The translations under genes and the position numbers were made by a program. Below the pieces are notes generated by a model that worked only from the letters and a program-made list of their open reading frames with translations, made no database searches and was not told the DNA's origin. This document shows, piece after piece, positions 44,203-53,947 of a stretch of 64,000 nucleotides of DNA. Location of the stretch: the sequence record NC_042013.1. The stretch is one strand, 5' to 3'. The stretch's first letter is position 1; every line of letters begins with the position of its first letter.

Positions 44203-44952
44203 TTAAGTTTTGATTTTAGCAACAAAATCTTCTAATTTCAATACCGATTTTCCTCTTTTTTCTATTTTTGTTATCGTATTGGTTTTCATGATTTCATTGA
44301 GTGTATGGTGCATCCAATGTCGGATTCTGTTTCGTTGTTTTTCAAACAAAATGCTACGTTTTTCTTTGTTAACTTTTTTGGCAATGTGTTTGAAATAAAA
44401 TCGGGTTATCTCTGGAGGCATAATAATAATGGTTCCATCTGATAGATGTAATGAATGACCGACTATTGTTATTGACAACGGCGGTTTTTGGACTGGCGCG
44501 TCATCAACGTGGTATTTCATTTTCAACTGAACATACCATTTTCCATTTCTATTGTAAAAGGAACCACCGTCAATTTTTACGTCTTCAAACCTTACCGTTT
44601 TATGAAAACGATGTAATTTGAATTTCATTTCCTTCAGGGAGTCTACTGAAATCTTTCTATTCACACCAGAACCGTCGATTGTGAAGTTTTTAAATAGTAC
44701 CTCATAATCCCAATTACCGAGTTGCCCAATGATTGACTTGATACTACGTTCTGGCAAATCATCGATATTGAAATTTTCTTCAATGTATGTCTTAAGAATT
44801 TCTCGGCCTTCACTACCCCTGATGTTCAAAGGGATAATGTATTTGACGGAACCTTGTGAAATTTCCCTAAGCTGGTTGATCCAATTTTCAAGAACAATTA
44901 AATGGTTCTTTGAAGGATAACATCTAAAATGATGAACTCTCTTAAGATACAT
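44203..44952 (-). CDS. tnpB: truncated, catalytically degenerate TnpB-like protein (IS200/IS605 OrfB derivative)
   Basis: HHFRCYPS...LEN (HTH start), GKWYVQL, LSITIVG...LSDG at RuvC-I, QRNR..W.H...I....I..IE; RuvC-I Asp absent, no Zn finger or RuvC-III. Confidence 0.62.
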   Translation of the reverse strand: MYLKRVHHFRCYPSKNHLIVLENWINQLREISQGSVKYIIPLNIRGSEGREILKTYIEENFNIDDLPERSIKSIIGQLGNWDYEVLFKNFTIDGSGVNRKISVDSLKEMKFKLHRFHKTVRFEDVKIDGGSFYNRNGKWYVQLKMKYHVDDAPVQKPPLSITIVGHSLHLSDGTIIIMPPEITRFYFKHIAKKVNKEKRSILFEKQRNRIRHWMHHTLNEIMKTNTITKIEKRGKSVLKLEDFVAKIKT

Positions 44953-44960
44953 GGCACGCC

Positions 44961-45443
44961 TTAAATTGTTTCGATTTCTAGTTCTTCGAACGTATACCTG
45001 AATGTAACATACTCTCCACGGCAACCATATGGATTGGATTTTATACTTTCAATGGCCTGTTCGAAATTGTCTTTCATATCTCTATAATATTGAAGTTCGG
45101 TTTCGGTGTCTGTTATTAGTTTTTTTGTTAACTTACGTTGTTCTTCGGGCAGGGCAGACAACACGTTAATAGTTTGTTGCGCTTTGGTTATATTTTCCAA
45201 CGCATTTTGCAAAAAACCATTATATTTTTCAATCGCGTCGTCAATATATGGTTGACTAATTTTTTCACAATATTCACGAATCTTGTCAACCGATTCCGAC
45301 TGAACGACTTTACTCAAAAAACCGTCCGTGACGTCGAGATTTTGAGGAGTTGATTCGCACCAGCGATCACCCCTGTATTGTTTATAAATTTTAAAAATTT
45401 TCATATCCGGTCTCTTTAAAGAATAGACTCGGGGGATCGCCAT
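44961..45443 (-). CDS. hypothetical coiled-coil protein
   Basis: 160-aa ORF in operon. Confidence 0.7.
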   Translation of the reverse strand: MAIPRVYSLKRPDMKIFKIYKQYRGDRWCESTPQNLDVTDGFLSKVVQSESVDKIREYCEKISQPYIDDAIEKYNGFLQNALENITKAQQTINVLSALPEEQRKLTKKLITDTETELQYYRDMKDNFEQAIESIKSNPYGCRGEYVTFRYTFEELEIETI

Positions 45444-45655
45444 TCCTGCGAGCGAACTCGCCTGATCTTCATTTCGGAAAGTTCAAGATTAGGGAACTTG
45501 CGTTCTACCTTAGAAAACACCTCGGAGCGATAAGTGTCAGTGCTAACAAATACGTGGGTGACAAGGCGACGAAGGTTGCCCATTTCAGTCTTCCGGTACG
45601 TTTCAACCGTAACCTTCATTTTGTTCTTACCATATGCGCCACGAAGTCCAGACAT
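45416..45655 (-). CDS. hypothetical protein
   Basis: start refined to MSGLRGAYG; AAGGAG RBS. Confidence 0.6.
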   Translation of the reverse strand: MSGLRGAYGKNKMKVTVETYRKTEMGNLRRLVTHVFVSTDTYRSEVFSKVERKFPNLELSEMKIRRVRSQEWRSPESIL

Positions 45656-45723
45656 GTTTCTCTCCTTTTTAAAAATCAATAAACATCTTTTATCAGAATA
45701 TAGAAAGGGTGTCAATGCGTATA

Positions 45724-45756
45724 AAAAAAGAAAAAGGGGCTAATAAGCCCCTTTTA
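45724..45756. terminator. intrinsic terminator after clpB-like gene
   Basis: AAAAGGGGCT-AATA-AGCCCCTTTT. Confidence 0.75.
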
Positions 45757-47742
45757 TTACTTATAAACAACCTCAAGGCTTTTGGTTTCTGCGGAATTTC
45801 GAACTTCCAAATCCCCACCTTTACCCTCGATTACCAATTCGGCAATGATTGGTTCAAGGTTAGCCTGAATATAACCCGGCAAACCACGTGCTCCAGTTGC
45901 TGGATCATAATGATGTGCACAGAATTCTTCAATCGTTTCGTCTGTAATTGAAAGGTTGATACCATTTTCAACATACGTAGAAATAAGATCGTTAAATTCG
46001 CGGCGAATGATCTTTGCGATATGTTCCGCCTTCAATGCATTGAAGCAAACGATATTCTGACGACCAGCAAAGCGGTTCAGGAATTCGTTGCGGTAAGTAT
46101 CGTTCAAATCAGCGATAGCCAATTCAGATGCTTCTTCGAATGTCATTGACGTATCCAAGAAACGGGGTTGTCCGATATTGGTAGTCATAATGATAATCGA
46201 GTCGCTAAAGGAAACAACGCGACCTACGTTATCCGTCAAACGTCCATCAGAAAGAATTTGAAGGAAGATATCGAAAATAACTGGATGAGCCTTTTCGATT
46301 TCATCAAAAAGAAGAATTCGATTAGGGTTAGAACGCATTGCGTTAGTAAGTGCACCACCCATTTCAAAGCCTTCGAAACCGGGAGGAGAACCGATCAACT
46401 TAGAAACAGAATGCTTTTCCATATATTCTGACATGTCGAAACGAGTCAGTGCCTTCTCAGAGTCAAGAAGTGCAAGGGAAAGAACCTTTGCAATTTCTGT
46501 TTTACCCGTACCAGATGGTCCGAGGAACATAAACGACGCTTGTGGCTTATCCTTATTACGATTGCCAACGCGTGCTACCTTAATAGCATTTGCAAGTTTC
46601 TTGACAACGTGATCCTGACCAAAGATACGACCTTTAAGGATATCCTCGAGATTACGAAGCTTGTCTTTCTCATCCTCGCCAAGCTTATTAGCGGAGATAC
46701 CGGAAATTTTAGCAAACTCACGAAGTACGTGGGCGCGGTCAAGTTTAAGAGACGCGTTGATGTCAAGCTCGATTGCGTGATATTTGTCCGCGTTTTCCTT
46801 AACATATTCCTCAAGCTTTCGAATATCCGTTCGAACGCGAACGACTTCGGCAGGTTCTGAGAACTGATAAGTTGACGGTTCTTTTGACGCAAGAATTTCT
46901 GCAATCTTATCTTCAAGTTTATGAATTTCGAGTTCGGCATCTCGTTGTTCACGATACAGAACATTCATTCGTTGCTTTGTTTCTGGATCGATATTCTTAT
47001 GTGCTTCAAGAGCGTAAGATGACATAGCACGATCAAGGAGAGTTGTCGTACGTTCCGGTTGTGCACGAGAAAGACCTGGGTCATTAACTCGATACTTAGA
47101 TGTCATTTCAATTGCAGCGCGTTTCGCGTCGTCGTCAATTGCAATCTTGTAATATTCAGAAATACGTACTGCAATATTGTCAACAATCTTTTCAAGTTCG
47201 CCGTTCTTCGGTTCATCAACCAGAAGCATCGTAAATGATTCACGAATGTTTCCATGATAGGAAAGAACATATTCAAGATTTTCTTCTCGCACTTCGAAGA
47301 TAACCTGTGTAGTATCTTCCTTTACCATTGAGATAAGGGCATTGATGAAATGGGACGCGCCATTTGCTCGTGCATTTTCAATAAAGTCCTTAGTATTTTC
47401 TACGATAAGAACAGAATTTGGCGTACGCTTAAGAACGTTTACAATCTTGGTAAATTCAGAATTGATATATTCCATATCACCGGTCGCAAACAATGTAGTG
47501 TAATCAAACCAATAAAGGCGCTTTGAAATAATATCAAATGGTGCAGATGGGTCTTTCTTCGCATACTCAAGGCCAATGCAAAGTGTCGAACAACCAACGC
47601 CACCGGGACCAACGAGAAGAACAGAATTTGCCTTCTTGCGTGTGAGGATAGAGAACATACGTTCCATTTCATCTTCCATCCCGATAAGGGCGAAATTCGG
47701 AAACTTCTTAATATATTCAGAGCCTGTAATCAAATAAGACAT
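45757..47742 (-). CDS. clpB: ClpB-like Hsp100 AAA+ ATPase lacking N-domain, NBD1 degenerate
   Basis: NBD2 GPSGTGKTE, RFDMSEYMEKHSVSKLIGSPPG, LFDEIEKAHP, GARGL; NBD1 GPGGVGCS; coiled-coil middle domain. Confidence 0.9.
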   Translation of the reverse strand: MSYLITGSEYIKKFPNFALIGMEDEMERMFSILTRKKANSVLLVGPGGVGCSTLCIGLEYAKKDPSAPFDIISKRLYWFDYTTLFATGDMEYINSEFTKIVNVLKRTPNSVLIVENTKDFIENARANGASHFINALISMVKEDTTQVIFEVREENLEYVLSYHGNIRESFTMLLVDEPKNGELEKIVDNIAVRISEYYKIAIDDDAKRAAIEMTSKYRVNDPGLSRAQPERTTTLLDRAMSSYALEAHKNIDPETKQRMNVLYREQRDAELEIHKLEDKIAEILASKEPSTYQFSEPAEVVRVRTDIRKLEEYVKENADKYHAIELDINASLKLDRAHVLREFAKISGISANKLGEDEKDKLRNLEDILKGRIFGQDHVVKKLANAIKVARVGNRNKDKPQASFMFLGPSGTGKTEIAKVLSLALLDSEKALTRFDMSEYMEKHSVSKLIGSPPGFEGFEMGGALTNAMRSNPNRILLFDEIEKAHPVIFDIFLQILSDGRLTDNVGRVVSFSDSIIIMTTNIGQPRFLDTSMTFEEASELAIADLNDTYRNEFLNRFAGRQNIVCFNALKAEHIAKIIRREFNDLISTYVENGINLSITDETIEEFCAHHYDPATGARGLPGYIQANLEPIIAELVIEGKGGDLEVRNSAETKSLEVVYK

Positions 47743-47813
47743 TTATAACCTTTCTATTTTAAAACGTGATTACATAGCACCGTTTCCGGTGCTATGTCAA
47801 TTGTCAAAAGGTA

Positions 47814-49445
47814 TTAGAAACCAAATGCATTTGTATTGGTATTCTTATTATCCTTTGCGGGTGCCATAGAAGGATCGGAATGAACCGCCTTCGCGTCGTT
47901 AATGTCAGCCTGCAAGGACTTTGCGATGTCACCAATCTGGTCAAGGTTGCTACGCATTTCCTTAACAGCTTCGCGGCGAATGTCGGTCGTATTGCGAAGG
48001 ATTTCACCATATTCTTCAAGATCACCGATTGCCTTAAGAATATCGTCATTGATTTCATTCGCACCAAGCGCAACTCGCATTGCTTCCTTATGTGCAATGT
48101 TATTCGTTGCGTCAGTCATAAGACCAAGGGTGTCCTTTGCGATTGCGGCGGATTCACCAATTGCCGCCTGACCAACCGCTGTAAGTGCAACGGAAAGTCG
48201 GTCTGCAACACCAGCAACACCCTGTGTGTGCATCTTACGAACCTTATCAAGCTGTGAAACGTTAGCATCCTTCATCGTAGTAATACGAACGGTCTGGCTT
48301 CCAAGATCAGCGAACGAAAGGGCGGTATCGGCAACGGTCGCAGAAACAAGGGTTGCGTGTTCGTCAATATCGCGAAGCGAATTGTCTTTCTGCATCTTCT
48401 TAACCATGCTATCGCCAGCTTCAATCGAGTCTACCTCGGCACGCTTCTTCTGAATTTCAGTTTCCGCAACCTTCAAGCCCTCACCCATAATTGCCATAGT
48501 TGACGTGATAGAGGTGTTTGCATCAAGAAGACGCTCGATCTGACCGTTCATATCAAGAAGATTAGAACGAACGGAAGAAAGGCTTTCGTCGGAAATTTCA
48601 ATAAATTCCTGTGCCTTAAGAACCGACTTCTTCTGGTTCTCACGATGCTGTTCAGCCGAAAGGTCAAGCATATTACGAACAATACGCTTTGCATTTTCGT
48701 ATTCTTCATTTTCATGTGTCTTTGCAGACCATTCTGCCGCAAACGTTTGACGCTTGGTTTGCATTTCGTTCGCGGATTGATTCAGAAGTTCAATCTTGGA
48801 TTCGAGTTCAGCAATCTTACGAATTGCCTCAGCCTTCACGCCGCCAAAACCAAAGAACGAACGCTGTTCGCGAAGTTCTGCGATGTCGGCAAAAAGCATA
48901 TTGATTTCAGCACGGCTTTTACGAATGCTTTCATCCATTTCGGCAAGCATATTCTTATGTTCGTCTTCCTCGCGACGATCTGAACGAATTTCTTCGAACA
49001 GTTCGGCGGTCTTGCCTTCCTTACGAACAACATGCATCGCGTCAATGATTTCAAGAATAGGTTCCATTGCATCATTGAAGTCGAGAAGGCCAGTATTCAT
49101 ACGGTCATAGACCTGCTGAAGCTGTGCAAACGTATCGGTATTGGTAAGGGCGATGATTTCAGACGCCATTTCCTTACGAAGAACCTGCTGATATTCAGAA
49201 AATTCCTCAAGCTGGCGAACGCGCTCACGGTTTTCTTCCTTAGTACGAATTTCAGACATTGCCTTGGCAACTTGCTGAACCTTTTCTTCAGGGGTAAGAG
49301 ATGTGGATGACATCACCTGAAAGAATGGGTTGTTGGCAATAGATGGCTTTTCCTTCTCCGTGCGAGAAGTTGCACGCTTTACATTGGTAATATCAGAAAC
49401 AGACGTAGATGCTGCTCGTTTTAGGGCTGCTGCATTATTCGACAT
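47814..49445 (-). CDS. long coiled-coil protein, TelA-like C-terminal half
   Basis: 543 aa helical; amphipathic SFFGFGG; C-terminal ALTA..Q.....D.TN.I.......D...L....R..A pattern recalling TelA. Confidence 0.5.
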   Translation of the reverse strand: MSNNAAALKRAASTSVSDITNVKRATSRTEKEKPSIANNPFFQVMSSTSLTPEEKVQQVAKAMSEIRTKEENRERVRQLEEFSEYQQVLRKEMASEIIALTNTDTFAQLQQVYDRMNTGLLDFNDAMEPILEIIDAMHVVRKEGKTAELFEEIRSDRREEDEHKNMLAEMDESIRKSRAEINMLFADIAELREQRSFFGFGGVKAEAIRKIAELESKIELLNQSANEMQTKRQTFAAEWSAKTHENEEYENAKRIVRNMLDLSAEQHRENQKKSVLKAQEFIEISDESLSSVRSNLLDMNGQIERLLDANTSITSTMAIMGEGLKVAETEIQKKRAEVDSIEAGDSMVKKMQKDNSLRDIDEHATLVSATVADTALSFADLGSQTVRITTMKDANVSQLDKVRKMHTQGVAGVADRLSVALTAVGQAAIGESAAIAKDTLGLMTDATNNIAHKEAMRVALGANEINDDILKAIGDLEEYGEILRNTTDIRREAVKEMRSNLDQIGDIAKSLQADINDAKAVHSDPSMAPAKDNKNTNTNAFGF

Positions 49446-49899
49446 TAGAATTTTCCTTTTCTTTGAGTTCAGTCATTAGTGCTGTGATTGCTTCTTCAAC
49501 AATCTCATCAATAGTTTTACCCGTTTCAAGGGCGCGCTTTTGAAGATAATTACTTGTATCTTCATCAAGATCAAGATTCAAAATGACGTTGGTATCATAC
49601 GCAACCCCATTAAGAATTGATTCAGCTTTCTCGACAATATCATCATACGCGTCGGTTGTATAGATGGTATTACCAGAAATTTTTTCAAAATGTTCGTGGA
49701 GATTGCGCTGTTCTGGACTGTCGCAATCATATCCGAAATAACCGTAGGTTTTTCCAGAAAGAAGATCAGACGCGATCACAACCGAATCAATTACAGTAAT
49801 AACGCCCGTAGATGTTTCGTATGTTTGCGCATTAAACGTGCTCAGTTGATCGTACGGATGATTACCAATTTTAGTAGGGGAGTGGTTTTTAAACATCAA
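49435..49899 (-). CDS. protein with C-terminal ribbon-helix-helix-like domain
   Basis: LNLDLDEDTSNYLQKRALETGKTIDEIVEEAI. Confidence 0.6.
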   Translation of the reverse strand: MMFKNHSPTKIGNHPYDQLSTFNAQTYETSTGVITVIDSVVIASDLLSGKTYGYFGYDCDSPEQRNLHEHFEKISGNTIYTTDAYDDIVEKAESILNGVAYDTNVILNLDLDEDTSNYLQKRALETGKTIDEIVEEAITALMTELKEKENSNVE

Positions 49900-50213
49900 A
49901 TTTCACCTTCTTCTATGATTTCATACTTGATCAGTTGTTTGATATCATTGATATATTTTTCAAACAATGGAATATCATCGGGATTTTCAAACCAAAAGGT
50001 TACATCTTTATCAGAGGTTCCGTCAAGGGCAAACGTGTTACTGTTGTAATGATCAGCACTGACAGTGACGTTGCCTTCAACACCGGTATAAAGAAATTCC
50101 AAAATGAACCTATTTTTAGGGATTAAGTTTTTATCATTGTGGAAAACAAACGGATGCGTTGTTCCAAAAAACTCTTTTAATTCTTCTTTATTTTTATCAA
50201 GATAATAAAGCAT
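49896..50213 (-). CDS. hypothetical protein
   Basis: start refined to MLYYLDKN. Confidence 0.65.
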   Translation of the reverse strand: MLYYLDKNKEELKEFFGTTHPFVFHNDKNLIPKNRFILEFLYTGVEGNVTVSADHYNSNTFALDGTSDKDVTFWFENPDDIPLFEKYINDIKQLIKYEIIEEGEI

Positions 50214-50214
50214 T

Positions 50215-50517
50215 TTATACCGCCGAGAACATATCAGGGAAACGCAGTGCAAACATAGTCGCTACCGATTCTTCATCCGTCATAATCTGAAGATAAGTAA
50301 TGTCGGTATTAACATCTGTATCAGTGATATATTTCATAAAAGGAGGCAATCGGATAGATGCGCCGTCGATCCCCTCACACATTTCTATAATCAAAGAACA
50401 AACTTCTTTGGTAATTTTACCGCTCAATGTAAAATTATGGGTAAAACGTTTCATGTTTTCTGTATCTGCCAATGAGACATATTCAATCATATTAATTAAT
50501 TTCCCTATATAAACCAA
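50215..50517 (-). CDS. small protein with F..E.D...F.L.F-type motif
   Basis: TDEESVATMFALRFP. Confidence 0.7.
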   Translation of the reverse strand: MVYIGKLINMIEYVSLADTENMKRFTHNFTLSGKITKEVCSLIIEMCEGIDGASIRLPPFMKYITDTDVNTDITYLQIMTDEESVATMFALRFPDMFSAV

Positions 50518-50824
50518 ATCGTGGTGTTTCGGTCATTTCTTGTCCCGTATACTTAAAATACATTTTACGCATATTGTCAAGAGCTTCATCTGGAAAATTA
50601 TAAGGAGGACGATGATTTATTACGTTGGAATATCTGGTAGTATGGTCATGTATATAATTCAATGTATAATATGAACTTTCACACCAACTCATCATGACTT
50701 TATCTTTACAATCCCGATATCTCGAAAACCAGTCAATATCATTATAGTCCTCTTCATCAAGGACGTGACTAAGCGGGTTAACATTAACTCTATGGGAAAT
50801 CATATATGTAAAAATAACAGACAT
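50492..50824 (-). CDS. hypothetical protein
   Basis: 110-aa ORF in operon. Confidence 0.65.
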   Translation of the reverse strand: MSVIFTYMISHRVNVNPLSHVLDEEDYNDIDWFSRYRDCKDKVMMSWCESSYYTLNYIHDHTTRYSNVINHRPPYNFPDEALDNMRKMYFKYTGQEMTETPRFGLYREIN

Positions 50825-50881
50825 AAAAAAACCGCTCCTTTTGAGAGCGGTTTTATTTTAAAAAGGATATTAAGTCAACCC

Positions 50882-51862
50882 TTATTCTGGTTCACCTTCA
50901 GGTTCAGTATTTAGAATTTCGTCAATAGCGTCTACGATAGGAAGAATACCGTGGAATTTCTTATCAGAAATTGCATTACGAACTGCGAGCAATTCGGTTG
51001 CGAGTGATGAAAGTTCCGAAGATAACAACTCTGTAACCTGCTTAAGAACAGTTGTGTACTTTTCAGTAGCAAGTTCGTCTGCACGTGTAATTGCCGCAGC
51101 AACACCAGATGCACGAAGGCCAGCAATCATTGACTGACGATCACCAGAAACGATTGTTGCCGTTGCAAGTGCTTCTGCGAGCTTCTTAGCAGAAGTTGCG
51201 TCGTCAACCGCAGTAATGAAAGCAAACTTATGCTCTTCAGTTTCAACGTGAAGCTTAATCCAACCCTTTAGAACGTCAAGGTTCGGTGCATCACCATAAA
51301 TCTGTGTCCATTCAGCAACACCATCGCCTACAGCTTCTTCACGACCGGAACCTACAGGAATTTCGTCAAACAATTCTTTAGTGTCTGAATCCATTACTTT
51401 CAAGCCTTCTTCGCGAAGGATAGTAACAACAGCAGAACCAGAACCAGAACCAGCATCTGTAATGGACTGTAGAATTTCAATTGCTTCAGCGGGTGAAACA
51501 TATGCTTCAAACGGAAGGATAGCCTCGCCAGTACCCTCAATGTTCCAGTTATAACGGTTATCGTCATAAGTCTTAACAGTAAGGTTATAGATTGTGCGAG
51601 CGTATTCTTCTGGACCGCCAGCGGTAGGAAGAACCATAATTACACCTTCGCCAGCCTGTGTTGGCATAGCATCAACCAACTGGATAATACCCTTACGGCC
51701 TTCAGCATTTGCAACGTGATAACGACGCGTACCGGACTGACGAGTAATGAAGAAACCTTCTTCGGGCGCGGTAGAATCGTCAAGCCAAACATACGACACT
51801 ACTAACTGATGACCAATCTTTGCTGGATCACCGATAAACTTTTTACTAATAGGTCTACCCAT
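50882..51862 (-). CDS. probable virion structural protein (MGRP-type N-terminal domain)
   Basis: start refined to MGRPISKKF (AAGGAG RBS); TAAATA at 51894-51899; terminator 50826-50857. Confidence 0.75.
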   Translation of the reverse strand: MGRPISKKFIGDPAKIGHQLVVSYVWLDDSTAPEEGFFITRQSGTRRYHVANAEGRKGIIQLVDAMPTQAGEGVIMVLPTAGGPEEYARTIYNLTVKTYDDNRYNWNIEGTGEAILPFEAYVSPAEAIEILQSITDAGSGSGSAVVTILREEGLKVMDSDTKELFDEIPVGSGREEAVGDGVAEWTQIYGDAPNLDVLKGWIKLHVETEEHKFAFITAVDDATSAKKLAEALATATIVSGDRQSMIAGLRASGVAAAITRADELATEKYTTVLKQVTELLSSELSSLATELLAVRNAISDKKFHGILPIVDAIDEILNTEPEGEPE

Positions 51863-51922
51863 AATTTTTAACTCCTTGTGGGACATATATGGGTATTTAT
51901 CTTATGAAGGTAAAAGACCGTC

Positions 51923-52066
51923 TCAAACGAGACGGCCATTACGTGCAAGGTGATGGATTTCGCTACGCGATACTCCAATATCCTTCAAAGATTCATCCGA
52001 AAGACGGCTAAGTTCAGTTGTAGTCTTTCGATATGCATTCCAACGCTTGATAGTGCTAATTAACAT
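51923..52066 (-). CDS. DUF1127 (YjiS-like) microprotein, 47 aa
   Basis: read manually: MLISTIKRWNAYRKTTTELSRLSDESLKDIGVSRSEIHHLARNGRLV; matches W..YR.T..EL..LSD..L.DIG.SR.EI. Confidence 0.88.
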   Translation of the reverse strand: MLISTIKRWNAYRKTTTELSRLSDESLKDIGVSRSEIHHLARNGRLV

Positions 52067-52170
52067 GATAGTTCTTTCTTTTTTTGTTTAACTTACATAT
52101 ATGTATATAGCACTAAAATGTGCTTATTAGTTATGCAAATTGAACAAATCAAAGGCAACAAATATGCATA

Positions 52171-53076
52171 TCATTTAATAGCACACAGTTCCTCAATAAG
52201 TTTATCAATCTCTTGGAGAGAACCCGCATGAATCTTCATTGTTACGTTCTTAGATTGAATCTCAGCAACTTTCTTTTTAATGGCACAAATCTTATCAATG
52301 ATCTTATTTTTATCAATACCATTAGCGTCCAATATAACTGGCTTGTCATATGATTCACAAACGTCTCGTACTAATTTACGAACTTTTCTTTCTTCCTCTT
52401 GGGCTTGTTCAAGAGTTGGGAAAATTGCATAATCTGAACGTGCCGTAATAAATCGATTGTTTCTGTTTGTAAAGATTGACGTCGACTCATATTTTGCCCA
52501 CTGAAGATCGTTATTCATTACGAACTTCGGATTGCCTGCCGTCACCTTGCGGAATTCGTCAACAGCCGCCAAAGAACCCAAAAATTTATAAGGGCCTTTA
52601 TTAAAAAATGACGCCTCACCAAGAATGAAAGAGGTTTCAATAAAATCGGAACCGGTGTCCTCCATAGACCCAATGATTTTGTAATCAACCTTGGCTTTAG
52701 TTGGAGGTGCAGCAACTTTAACCTGTTCCATCGATTCGAATACTTCCAAACGTGATCTGTAATGAAACTCAGTTTGGAGGTCAGGGTATTCATATCCGTT
52801 GCTTGTCCTCGGAAGTTTGGATAGTTCGGACATTAGCTTGTTATATTCGTCCAAAGGTACGACATTGCCATTAGAATCAATAAAATGATCCAATACAGGT
52901 TTATTGGTCTTAACAACATAAATGTTATCAATGGAACTAACGACTCGTTGTTCATCACCAGTTGGATTATATATATTTCCATCAATTTCGTAGGTCTCAT
53001 AAATTCTCAACTGAATGAGATACTTATTTTCACCCAAAATGATAGCACTGGAATAATTAAGATTCTTAATATACAT
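52171..53076 (-). CDS. hypothetical protein
   Basis: 301-aa ORF, AAGGA RBS. Confidence 0.8.
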   Translation of the reverse strand: MYIKNLNYSSAIILGENKYLIQLRIYETYEIDGNIYNPTGDEQRVVSSIDNIYVVKTNKPVLDHFIDSNGNVVPLDEYNKLMSELSKLPRTSNGYEYPDLQTEFHYRSRLEVFESMEQVKVAAPPTKAKVDYKIIGSMEDTGSDFIETSFILGEASFFNKGPYKFLGSLAAVDEFRKVTAGNPKFVMNNDLQWAKYESTSIFTNRNNRFITARSDYAIFPTLEQAQEEERKVRKLVRDVCESYDKPVILDANGIDKNKIIDKICAIKKKVAEIQSKNVTMKIHAGSLQEIDKLIEELCAIK

Positions 53077-53094
53077 CGAGTCGTCCTTTTTTTG

Positions 53095-53289
53095 TTAAGC
53101 GTAATCAACCGACGACAGGATAAACTCACGCACATTCTTAGATGTAACACGATACTTGTTATAAGAAACTTCTGTACCAATGTTGGCATTAAGAACGCCG
53201 ATAGTCGCACCTGATGGCAGCTTAATATCCGTCATCGTTGGACGAACAGTATAAGAAAATTCCAAATTGTCAATAATAAGCGTCTTCAT
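53095..53289 (-). CDS. hypothetical protein, homologue of 2248-2496
   Basis: MKTLIIDNLEFSYTV; GGAG RBS. Confidence 0.7.
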   Translation of the reverse strand: MKTLIIDNLEFSYTVRPTMTDIKLPSGATIGVLNANIGTEVSYNKYRVTSKNVREFILSSVDYA

Positions 53290-53368
53290 TTTTTACTCCC
53301 TTGTTAAAAACAAAAAATCCGAGGTGGAACCCCGGATTTATCATAATGACAGAAAATGTCAATAGATT

Positions 53369-53620
53369 TTATTCCTCTAGGTATTCCTTTAGTTTGTCTA
53401 CTTCTTTTTGGGATAGCACAATATCAAGATAATGATAATCGATTGTGTTAATGCCAAAAATATATTTCACCCCAAGAATAAGACGTTTATACCAAGGACG
53501 AAAATGTTGCATTTGGTAATATACGTTTACGCAGCCATCATCGTCTTTGTCGAAACAAACACCATGACTCATATCACCGCAATCACACCAAAAAACTTTT
53601 CTATTCTCAGACATAAGCAA
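53369..53620 (-). CDS. hypothetical protein
   Basis: F.C.C.D..H N-terminus, W..RL..G.KYIFG. Confidence 0.7.
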   Translation of the reverse strand: MLMSENRKVFWCDCGDMSHGVCFDKDDDGCVNVYYQMQHFRPWYKRLILGVKYIFGINTIDYHYLDIVLSQKEVDKLKEYLEE

Positions 53621-53644
53621 CCTTTCTCGTTGAACGAGTATTTA

Positions 53645-53947
53645 TCATTTATTCTTATACGTTTCTTCAAACAATGTCAATGGCATTGATATAGGAAATT
53701 TGTTATTTTTAATATGAACATATGTATATAAATTACTTAACGATATTTCGACTCCGAATACTTCCGTACCTAAATCAATATCACTTATGCTATATGGAAC
53801 CAAATCTTCCAGATTATCCGATTTTATCCACGCACTATTAGTTACTACAAACATATATTTTGCGTTTGGCCAGAATACGTCTTCATATATTCCTGAATTC
53901 CGCGTCAATATCCATATTTCACACATAACTAAATCGTTCCAATACAA
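53645..53947 (-). CDS. family A (DxxP) paralogue, cluster 2
   Basis: DNLEDLVPYSI. Confidence 0.75.
   Translation of the reverse strand: MYWNDLVMCEIWILTRNSGIYEDVFWPNAKYMFVVTNSAWIKSDNLEDLVPYSISDIDLGTEVFGVEISLSNLYTYVHIKNNKFPISMPLTLFEETYKNK

Noticed and set aside
44203-45024. Active IS200/IS605 transposon
   Set aside because: No tnpA, no left-end hairpin seen, RuvC-I Asp missing and C-terminal domains absent.
30652-49310. Numerous antisense or alternative-frame ORFs inside the collagen, clpB-like, TelA-like and 34950-36263 genes
   Set aside because: Shadow ORFs expected from codon bias of long genes; no RBS or recognisable domains.
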